DNA from: Ignavibacteria bacterium | Lineage (GTDB): Bacteria > Bacteroidota > Ignavibacteria > Tepidaquicellales > OLB5 | Direction: 5' to 3' | DNA length: 64,000 nucleotides | Assembly (NCBI GenBank): GCA_020852705.1 | Contig: JADZAP010000036.1 | Coordinates: 31,045-95,044 of the forward strand | Shown here: positions 56,968 to 64,000 of the stretch, in pieces | How the letters are laid out: each line of letters starts with the position of its first letter | How positions within the stretch are numbered: the first letter of the stretch is position 1 | Program-made: the position numbers and the translations under genes | The notes under the pieces: model-generated | What the model saw: only the letters and a program-made list of their open reading frames with translations | Databases searched by the model: none | Told to the model about the DNA's origin: nothing

Positions 56968-58507
56968 ATATTGTCCTTTGCCGTAATATATTTAAAATAT
57001 CAGTTTTTTGTATTTTGCTTTCAAGCCATGCTGAAAAATCAAATTCTTTAAGGAAATTTTGTTCAAATTTATCTGTTGAGATCTTATTTATATCATTTTT
57101 CAGTTTTTCGTAAAGCATAATTCTTTCAGAATCCATTGAATAATTTAAAGCTTTTGAAATAAAATCTAAAATAAGTTTTTCAAACTTGTATATCCTTTTA
57201 TGCTTTTCAAGATATCGTTTTGTTGTTCTTAAATTGTACTCAAGCAGTTCATAATTTCCGGCTTCAAAATTTACAATTAGGCTTCTGATTCTGGCAAAAA
57301 TTTGCTGCTTTGGTTCAATATTTTTATTTTTTACATTAAGTATTTTATTTAAATAAAAAATACTTCTATCATAATCCTTTATTATAAAACATGCAAAAGC
57401 TATCCTGTTATATATTGTAAGTTTTCTGTTCTCAGGAATTTTTTCTTTGTATTTTTTAAATCCATTCTCAATATTTTCAATTATTTCTCTGATTTTCCCT
57501 TCATCAGATATTTTTATGGCATAAATCATTTCCAGATCACTTATCATTTGAAATGACCTGATATGAAGATCAATATATTCTTTTTTATTTTCAAACTGAG
57601 CTGTAAATTTTTTCAGCTTCTCTATCAATATTAAAAACTCATCCATATTTCCGGAATGAATACAGGCATCCAGGTAATTGTTCAGTGCCATTACATAACT
57701 TCTGGGATTTTCTTTGATGAATTTTTTTTCACTTTCCATAAGTTTAACAAGTTCATAACGTTGTTTTAGCCAGTTTTTATTATCTCCGGTTAGTCTGTAA
57801 TAATAACCCAATATTGTATAATACCTGAATTTTGCGTCAAATGTTTTTGCCAATGATGAATTTTGCATTAATGGGTTATTTATAATTTCATTCAGTCTGT
57901 TAAGATCATTTTCATTTCGCAGGGTTCCTGTTTCTTTTGAAAACATAAACATATCATTGTATATAACATGATATTGTTCATTTATTGAAATAGTTTCTAA
58001 ATTTAACAGAGCTGTTTCCTTTAGACTTTTATAATCAAATACATTGCTGTTTTCATAGTAATCGGTAACCAAAGCTGTTAATGCTTTATTGTATAAATGT
58101 GCCAGAAAAAAAGGTTTATCATTATCTTTTGCAATAGAAATGGATTTTTTGAGCAGAGATTTAAACTGTTTATACAGTCCTTTTTCAAATAATACATTCA
58201 ATTCAATCATCATCATGTGAAGTTTTGAAACTGAAAATTTATCTGAGTGATATGAACTTAATGATTTTAACAATAAATTAAATAAATAATTTTTAGTAGA
58301 ATATAATTTATTAATAAATTTTTCTCCTTTAAATTTTGCTTTTATTGCTGCTTCATTATATTCTGTAAAAGAATCTATTGCATCGAAAAGTTTTACATAT
58401 ATGTTTTTTTTGCCAATTGTGTGCTTTGCTGCAAATTTTTTAAAATATCCCTTTTCTGATTTACTCATCGATTTTATGAGCTGAAAAAGGTCATCTGATG
58501 CTTTCAT
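56966..58507 (-). CDS. uncharacterised ~500-aa all-helical protein, family member P4 (subfamily A)
   Basis: 513 aa. LFQLIKSMSKSEKGYFKKF, GNYELLEYNL..RYL and FDFSAWLESKI match 31319..32833. Confidence 0.75.
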   Translation of the reverse strand: MKASDDLFQLIKSMSKSEKGYFKKFAAKHTIGKKNIYVKLFDAIDSFTEYNEAAIKAKFKGEKFINKLYSTKNYLFNLLLKSLSSYHSDKFSVSKLHMMMIELNVLFEKGLYKQFKSLLKKSISIAKDNDKPFFLAHLYNKALTALVTDYYENSNVFDYKSLKETALLNLETISINEQYHVIYNDMFMFSKETGTLRNENDLNRLNEIINNPLMQNSSLAKTFDAKFRYYTILGYYYRLTGDNKNWLKQRYELVKLMESEKKFIKENPRSYVMALNNYLDACIHSGNMDEFLILIEKLKKFTAQFENKKEYIDLHIRSFQMISDLEMIYAIKISDEGKIREIIENIENGFKKYKEKIPENRKLTIYNRIAFACFIIKDYDRSIFYLNKILNVKNKNIEPKQQIFARIRSLIVNFEAGNYELLEYNLRTTKRYLEKHKRIYKFEKLILDFISKALNYSMDSERIMLYEKLKNDINKISTDKFEQNFLKEFDFSAWLESKIQKTDILNILRQRTI

Positions 58508-58939
58508 CGACTTCTATACTTTAATGTGTTAAATGTTGTAAAAATACTTAAAATTTAGAATATATTATTGGTATTTAGGGTTATTGACTTATGAGTTTTC
58601 AAAAGTTTTTGTTTTTTATCAATATTTTTCAAATATATATTTGAAAGTTATGTATAACACAAGTTGGAAAATTTACTTTAAATCTAGACCATTTTCTGGG
58701 CTATCATTATAAAACATTTAGGATATGACATTAATTAACTAAAATCGGTTAATCATTATGGAATAATCTTAAGGCATCATTTTGTAAATTTTAATTTTGT
58801 TTTATAGTTAATTGTTTAATTTCTACAATATTCCAACCGGGATAAAGGAAGAATCAAAAAAGTATAGTATGAAATATTGCCTACCGGTGAAGAAATCCGG
58901 AACTTTACTTTAGGCTGCATAACCTTAATCTGTTTATTT

Positions 58940-58974
58940 AGAGGGAACTTTATAATGAAGTTCTCTCTTTTTTA
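58940..58974 (+). terminator. orphan intrinsic terminator inside a 585-bp gene-free region
   Basis: 11-bp stem agagggaactt / aagttctctct (one G-U pair), 7-nt loop, T6 tail. No ORF of 60 aa or more upstream on this strand. Confidence 0.6.
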
Positions 58975-59092
58975 TTATATAAAACTGTAATTTAAATTTT
59001 ATTAAATTACATAAATTTACAATTGTAGCAGTATTTATCAATTGATTTATATACCAAAATTTATTATTCTGTATATAATTTAACAGCAAAAA

Positions 59093-59590
59093 ATGAAAAA
59101 ATCAGCAATTATAGCAATAATTTTTGCTCTTGTAACAGTATCAACTTTTTCTCAATTCAAAGAAATTCCAAATAAAACCAGAACTAAATTAAAGAACAGT
59201 TCAAACGGTTTAATTCTTGGATTTATAAACCCAAAGAATTTTTCAATTTCCCATTCCTTTAATATGTCTGTTATGACCGGCAGTAACGCATCTGTCAGTC
59301 TTGCTTCATATACAGCAACAATGAACTATAAAGTTTTAAAGAACATGAACCTGAGCGCCGATGTTACTTTACAATATTCTCCTTATGCTTCAATTGGCTC
59401 AAATAATCCGGGACTTAATAAAGATTTTCAGAATTCTTTTAATGGTATTAATCTAAGCAGGGTATCGCTGGATTACCAGCCTACAAAGGATATGTACATA
59501 AGTATAAATTATTTTAATACCAAAGGCAGTTACTATGGTTATGATAATAATTATTATGGTTATTACAACCCTTTTTGGTATGGAAGGTAA
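59093..59590 (+). CDS. small secreted, probably outer-membrane beta-rich protein with Tyr/Gly/Asn-rich C-terminus
   Basis: 165 aa with a signal peptide and alternating hydrophobic pattern. Ends YYGYDNNYYGYYNPFWYGR. Confidence 0.55.
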   Translation: MKKSAIIAIIFALVTVSTFSQFKEIPNKTRTKLKNSSNGLILGFINPKNFSISHSFNMSVMTGSNASVSLASYTATMNYKVLKNMNLSADVTLQYSPYASIGSNNPGLNKDFQNSFNGINLSRVSLDYQPTKDMYISINYFNTKGSYYGYDNNYYGYYNPFWYGR

Positions 59591-59636
59591 CTGCCGGGCA
59601 AAAACTTAATCAAAATATAAATCTATATTGTAATAA

Positions 59637-60152
59637 ATGCCATCAGCAGATTCCCGTGAATTTGTAAACAAGTTCAAGAATTATTCTGTAAATATTTTAA
59701 TTATTCTGCTGGCTGTTTTAACCCTTTTTCTTTTTTATAACCTGTTCAAAAGATTTACAACTCCGCAAACAGAAATTAAAACTCTTAAGGTTGACTCAAC
59801 CACATACTTAACTAAGCAGCCATCAGGAGGCACTTTGCAAATTGATGTTCAAAACGGCTGCGGTATTCCCGGCATTGCAGATAAATTTACCGAATACCTT
59901 CGCTCAAAAGGCTTTGATGTAGTTGAAATGGGAAATTTTACAACTCAGGATATTAAAACTACTATGGTAATTGATAGAGCAGGAAATATTAAAAATGCAA
60001 AGCTTGTTGCACTTGCCTTGGGTGTAGCCGATAAATATGTTATACAACAAATGAATAAAAATTATTTTCTTGATGCAACAGTTGTAATTGGTAAAGATTA
60101 CGAGGATCTTATGCCGTTTAAACATTCAACCGAAACTCAAACCAAACCTTGA
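59637..60152 (+). CDS. LytR_C (LytR cell-envelope-related C-terminal) domain protein
   Basis: 171 aa with a single TM helix. IDVQNGCGIPGIADKFTEYLRSKGFDVVEMGNF...VVIGKDY. Confidence 0.75.
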   Translation: MPSADSREFVNKFKNYSVNILIILLAVLTLFLFYNLFKRFTTPQTEIKTLKVDSTTYLTKQPSGGTLQIDVQNGCGIPGIADKFTEYLRSKGFDVVEMGNFTTQDIKTTMVIDRAGNIKNAKLVALALGVADKYVIQQMNKNYFLDATVVIGKDYEDLMPFKHSTETQTKP

Positions 60153-60250
60153 TAATTATGTTTATTCAATTATGATTTGAAGATACTAACTCTATTTTCA
60201 TATTTGTAAAAGATTTATTTATCTATCATAAAATTTAAGTAACTAACTAA

Positions 60251-60284
60251 TAGAAAGTTTATATAATTAGAAAGTTTATATAAT
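60251..60284. repeat. perfect 17-bp tandem duplication (tagaaagtttatataat x2) abutting the rsfS start codon
   Basis: Read directly. The second copy ends at 60284 and the TTG start is at 60285. Confidence 0.9.
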
Positions 60285-60773
60285 TTGGATTCAAAAAAAC
60301 TCGCCTTCAGACTTGCAGAACTTGCCTTATCAAAAAAAGCCGAAGATATAAAGATCCTCGATCTCCGAAAGATCACAACAATTGCAGACTATTTTGTTAT
60401 TTGTACCGCATTTTCTGAGCCGCAGGTTAAGGCAATTGCTGATGCTGTTTTAGAAGGCACCAAGATTGATGGAGAGCATGTTTGGCATAAAGAAGGTACT
60501 GCAATGAAATCATGGGTATTGCTTGATTTTGTTGATGTGGTTATTCATATTTTTCTCCGCGAAACCCGCAGTTTCTACTCTCTGGAAAAACTTTGGGGCG
60601 ATGCTGATATTACCGAAATATCAGACGAAACTCCTTCAGGTAAACCTGCTAATAAACCTGCTAATAAACCTGCTAATAAACCTGCAAAACCCAAAACAGT
60701 TAAAAAACCTGCAGTAAAAAAAACAAAAGGTAAAAAATCACCTGCAAATAAAAGAACAACTGTAAGAAAGTAA
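60285..60773 (+). CDS. rsfS: ribosome silencing factor RsfS (iojap) with ~50-aa basic Lys/Pro/Ala/Asn C-terminal extension
   Basis: KKAEDIKILDLRKITTIADYFVICTA...WVLLDFVDVVIHIF is the RsfS core. The tail is GKPANKPANKPANKPAKPKTVKKPAVKKTKGKK. TTG start. Confidence 0.85.
   Translation: MDSKKLAFRLAELALSKKAEDIKILDLRKITTIADYFVICTAFSEPQVKAIADAVLEGTKIDGEHVWHKEGTAMKSWVLLDFVDVVIHIFLRETRSFYSLEKLWGDADITEISDETPSGKPANKPANKPANKPAKPKTVKKPAVKKTKGKKSPANKRTTVRK
60642..60689 (+). repeat. in-frame 12-nt tandem repeat aaacctgctaat x3 plus a partial fourth copy (encodes KPAN repeats)
   Basis: Read directly within the rsfS 3' region. Confidence 0.9.
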
Positions 60774-60818
60774 GTTCCCTCCCGTCAAGTCTTTTGAACT
60801 GACTGGAGGTAAAAAAAA

Positions 60819-60837
60819 CGGGCAATATGCCCGTTTT
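60819..60837. terminator. bidirectional intrinsic terminator between rsfS and accC
   Basis: A8 run, cgggca-ata-tgcccg hairpin, then TTTT. Confidence 0.75.
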
Positions 60838-60891
60838 CTGCTAATCTGTAATGCAGTTCCATGGAACTGATACGAGTAATGAATTTATACA

Positions 60892-62229
60892 CTAAGCTAA
60901 TCCGTATTTCTCAATAAAACTTGTATCATAGTCACTATCAATAAACTTTTCATGCTTCATTACTTTTTTGTGGAAAGGTATAGTGGTATTTATACCTTCA
61001 ATAATAAATTCATCAAGTGCCCTGTACATTCTTTTAATTGCTTCCTCTCTGCTATCTGCAGTAACAATTAGCTTGGCTATCATGCTATCATAATACGGTG
61101 GAATGAAATAATTAGTATAAGCGTGGGTATCAACTCTAACACCAATTCCTCCCGGCATGTGAAAAGTAGTAATTTTACCGGGTGATGGTGCAAAATTCTT
61201 ATCTGGATTTTCTGCATTAATTCTGCATTCAATTGCGTGTCCGGTACGCTTTACATCTTTAACTTTAAGTTTTAATCCTGATGCAACAGCAATCTGCTCA
61301 CGAATAAGATCAACCCCTGTAACCTGCTCAGTTACAGGATGCTCAACCTGAATTCTTGTATTCATTTCCATAAAATAGAAATTTTTGTTCTTATCAACTA
61401 TAAATTCAACAGTACCGGCACCTTCATAATTAACAGATTTAGCGCCTTTAATAGCTGCTGCTCCCATTGCCTCACGGATTTCTTCTGTTATAAATGGTGA
61501 AGGAGTTTCTTCTATCAGTTTTTGATGCCTGCGCTGAACAGAACAATCACGCTCTCCTAAATGAACTACATTTCCAAACTGATCTCCAAGTATTTGAATT
61601 TCTATATGACGCGGGTTTTCAACAAATTTTTCAATGTAAACATCACCATTCCCAAATGCATTTATCGCCTCATTTGTTGCCATTGTGTAACTATTTTCCA
61701 TTTCGGTTTCTTCATGTACAATCCTCATACCCTTACCGCCTCCTCCTGCTGATGCCTTAATAAGTACCGGATAACCGAACTCATTGGCAATTTTTTTTGC
61801 ATCTTCAATTGATGTAACAATACCATCACTTCCAGGAACTACCGGAACATTGGATTTCTTCATTGTATCTTTTGCATAAGCTTTATCGCCCATTGATTTA
61901 ATCATATCCGGTGAAGGTCCTATAAACTTTATTTCTGATTCTGTGCATATTTCGCTGAATTCAGCATTTTCTGCAAGGAAACCATAACCCGGATGAATAG
62001 CATCTGCATTGGTAATTTCAGCTGCCGCTATTATTCTTGGGATACTTAGGTAACTCTCACGTGATTGTGACGGACCTATGCAAACCGCTTCATCAGCAAA
62101 CCTGACATGCAAAGATTCTTTATCTGCTTCGGAATATACTGCAACCGTTTTAATGCCCATATCCCGGCAAGTACGAATTACTCGTAACGCAATTTCGCCT
62201 CTGTTTGCTATTAAAATTTTATTAAACAC
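60892..62229 (-). CDS. accC: acetyl-CoA carboxylase biotin carboxylase subunit
   Basis: 445 aa. [24 protein letters not shown]-grasp [10 protein letters not shown] and [14 protein letters not shown]. Confidence 0.95.
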   Translation of the reverse strand: MFNKILIANRGEIALRVIRTCRDMGIKTVAVYSEADKESLHVRFADEAVCIGPSQSRESYLSIPRIIAAAEITNADAIHPGYGFLAENAEFSEICTESEIKFIGPSPDMIKSMGDKAYAKDTMKKSNVPVVPGSDGIVTSIEDAKKIANEFGYPVLIKASAGGGGKGMRIVHEETEMENSYTMATNEAINAFGNGDVYIEKFVENPRHIEIQILGDQFGNVVHLGERDCSVQRRHQKLIEETPSPFITEEIREAMGAAAIKGAKSVNYEGAGTVEFIVDKNKNFYFMEMNTRIQVEHPVTEQVTGVDLIREQIAVASGLKLKVKDVKRTGHAIECRINAENPDKNFAPSPGKITTFHMPGGIGVRVDTHAYTNYFIPPYYDSMIAKLIVTADSREEAIKRMYRALDEFIIEGINTTIPFHKKVMKHEKFIDSDYDTSFIEKYGLA

Positions 62230-62318
62230 TTTATATTCAGTCTGTATAATTCATGCCGAAATTATTTGCGGCTTGTTAGGTGTTGATTTAATAAATTGTG
62301 ATAGTTTGATACTGCAAG

Positions 62319-62837
62319 CTAATTTGGCTCAATAAGGAAAAGTACCTGGTTGTATTCAACCGGCTGTGCATTTTCTACAAGTATCTTTGATATTTTACCG
62401 TCATACTCGCACTCTATTTCATTCATTAACTTCATTGCTTCAATTATACAAAGAACGTTACCTTTTGTTACCTGTGTGCCAACTGATACATAAGGATCTG
62501 CATTTGGTGAAGGTGCACGGTAGAATGTTCCAACTATTGGCGAGTGGATTTCAATCAGTTCTTTTCCCGATGCTGTTACCGGTGCTGTATCATTCTTTTC
62601 TTCTGTTTTGGGAACAGTTGAATTTTGCAATGCCGGTGCCGATGTTGCAGGTACTTGCTGTAATACCTGCTGTGCAGCAGGGTATGTTAAATATTGTGCG
62701 GCTGGTATAGCTGTTTCCTGTGTTTTTGATTTAACTACTCTTACTCTGGTTCCTTCTTCTTCTATTTCAATTTCGTTTATCTCTCCGGATTCCAGAATCT
62801 TTAATAGTTTTTTAATGTAATTCAGGTCAGTTTTCAT
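62319..62837 (-). CDS. accB: acetyl-CoA carboxylase biotin carboxyl carrier protein
   Basis: 172 aa. Pro/Ala-rich linker and the biotinyl-lysine motif [10 protein letters not shown]. Confidence 0.93.
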   Translation of the reverse strand: MKTDLNYIKKLLKILESGEINEIEIEEEGTRVRVVKSKTQETAIPAAQYLTYPAAQQVLQQVPATSAPALQNSTVPKTEEKNDTAPVTASGKELIEIHSPIVGTFYRAPSPNADPYVSVGTQVTKGNVLCIIEAMKLMNEIECEYDGKISKILVENAQPVEYNQVLFLIEPN

Positions 62838-62884
62838 TTTGCTTATTTTATCCTCACGCTATTAATTTGCGGGTTTACTAATTA

Positions 62885-63448
62885 CTATTTTTTAACTCTT
62901 TCAAGATATGCATTTGTTCTTGTATCTACTTTAATAATATCACCTTCACTTATAAACATTGGTGCATTAACAGTGGCACCGGTTTCAACTTTTACAGGTT
63001 TAGTACCGCCTGTAGCAGTATCACCTTTATTTCCAGGAGGTGCTTCAATTACTTTTAATTCAACATGCGGGGGAATTTCAACTGTAACCGGCTTCTCTCC
63101 GTCAAACATTATCTGTACATTTTCACTTTCCTTCATAAATTGTGCTTGGTCTCCAACTATATCATCTGCTATTGATACCTGGTCATAGTTATCATTATCC
63201 ATAAAAACATATCCGGAGCCATCATGATATAAATACTGAAAATTTCTTGTTTCCATTCTGACTATATCTATTACTTCACCGGAACGGAAACGGTTTTCTA
63301 TCATTTTTCCATTCTTAAGGTTTTTCATTTTCACCTGATAAAAAGCCCTAAGATTACCGGGTGTTCTGTGCTCCCATTTAACAATTACATGAAGCTCGCC
63401 ATTATATTTAATTACTAGTCCGTTACGCAGATCAGATGTTGAACCCAT
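62885..63448 (-). CDS. efp: elongation factor P
   Basis: 187 aa. SDLRNGLVIKYNGELHVIV...HRTPGNLRAFYQVKMKNL is the typical EF-P N-terminus. Confidence 0.95.
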   Translation of the reverse strand: MGSTSDLRNGLVIKYNGELHVIVKWEHRTPGNLRAFYQVKMKNLKNGKMIENRFRSGEVIDIVRMETRNFQYLYHDGSGYVFMDNDNYDQVSIADDIVGDQAQFMKESENVQIMFDGEKPVTVEIPPHVELKVIEAPPGNKGDTATGGTKPVKVETGATVNAPMFISEGDIIKVDTRTNAYLERVKK

Positions 63449-63721
63449 AAAAAGCTAAAATTCTCCTTATTTTAAGTATATTACATTTTTAAAAAACTGA
63501 GTGGTTTTTGTTAGTTTTTTGATAAAATCAGTCGTATTTCGGGTGAAAATGAGGTGAAATCCGCCGATTTTTGTTAAAAGTATTCACAAATATAGTTATC
63601 TATACTACTAATTTCAATGTTTTATATCAATTATTGTAAATGACATTCTATATAAATTGACTAATTGATAATACATAAATAAATAACTATTTTGCAGTAT
63701 GTTAAACTAAAATTCAAATAT

Positions 63722-64000
63722 ATGAAAAAATTTCTCATTGCAGCATTTTTATCCATCGCTGTTTTTGCTTTAAATGAAAACAGTACAAACTCTCAAGCAC
63801 TGTATTTTTTTGTTACTAATAATACAGGTGTAACGCTTAATAATATTTATGTTACTCCAAACGAAACAACAAATTGGGGAACTGATATTTTACCTAATGA
63901 TCTTTTTGAAAACGGTTCATCTGTCAGGGTTGATATACCAGCTGACTATGGTGCAACTTGTTTATTTGATATGAAGATAACTGATCTTGAAGGAAATTAT
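63722..64000 (+). CDS. hypothetical secreted protein; C-terminal end cut off by the window edge
   Basis: My translation from ATG 63722: MKKFLIAAFLSIAVFALNENSTNSQALYFFVTNNTGVTLNNIYVTPNETTNWGTDILPNDLF... The frame is open to the window end. Not in the ORF track. Confidence 0.55.
   Translation, partial: MKKFLIAAFLSIAVFALNENSTNSQALYFFVTNNTGVTLNNIYVTPNETTNWGTDILPNDLFENGSSVRVDIPADYGATCLFDMKITDLEGNY

Noticed and set aside
58868-58912. Mini-ORF MKYCLPVKKSGTLL in the 585-bp gene-free region as a leader peptide
   Set aside because: There is no Shine-Dalgarno at a sensible distance, and the other ORFs in the region are only 5-20 codons long. With nothing to distinguish it from chance, it is noted only as context for the orphan terminator.
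60854-60869. 16-bp palindrome cagttccatggaactg just beyond the accC stop
   Set aside because: About one 8+8 palindrome is expected by chance in this window. At most it is an accessory hairpin next to the clear terminator at 60819-60837.
10297-62820. Other embedded ORFs: 10297-10662(+), 21220-21636(+), 22202-22420(+), 29192-29455(-), 33572-33890(-), 49415-49731(+), 53713-54018(+), 54640-54867(-), 55685-56620(+), 61494-61760(+), 62366-62820(+) and similar
   Set aside because: Each lies wholly inside, or antisense to, a longer ORF with recognisable motifs. Their composition is junk-like and they have no independent start signals.
1-64000. CRISPR array, Cas genes, restriction-modification, toxin-antitoxin or other recognisable defence systems
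   Set aside because: The only repeats are 2-3-copy tandem duplications of 12-20 nt without spacers. No nuclease, helicase, methylase or Cas-like ORFs were recognisable in any frame.

Overview
AT-rich (about one-third GC by eye) chromosomal segment that uses the standard bacterial code; TAA, TGA and TAG all terminate clearly real genes. It looks like an FCB-group bacterium (Ignavibacteriota/Bacteroidota-like). Evidence: seven proteins end in the NYPNPFNP-type T9SS C-terminal sorting domain, there is a gldA/gldF/gldG-like ABC cluster with DUF4340, bshA (bacillithiol) is present, and TAnnTTTG boxes recur upstream of genes. Recognisable housekeeping genes are pssA (partial), psd, purC, mltG, yyaL, tag, cdaA, pcm, miaA, bshA, rsfS, accC, accB, efp and two tRNA-Ser. 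Between them lie accessory envelope/secretome genes: a DUF4159/DUF4175 pair, a GT-C-like/mltG/polytopic/spermidine-synthase-like operon, beta-propeller T9SS cargo, lipoproteins and TPR proteins. I saw no CRISPR array, integrase, transposase, phage genes or recognisable defence system. The best candidate for something undescribed is a four-member family of ~500-aa all-helical proteins (31319-32833, 38264-39736, 53041-54528, 56966-58507). Each copy is transcribed head-to-head with a neighbouring operon. Two copies are paired with a small ribbon-helix-helix-like gene, and one of those sits behind a perfect 26-bp palindrome. Other points worth checking: a T9SS cargo gene split by one in-frame TAG, a sorting-domain segment shared by two otherwise unrelated neighbouring genes, a 585-bp gene-free region with an orphan intrinsic terminator, several perfect 16-17-bp intergenic tandem duplications, and an RsfS with a (KPAN)n basic tail. 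All functional calls come from reading the supplied translations by eye; no database search was run.
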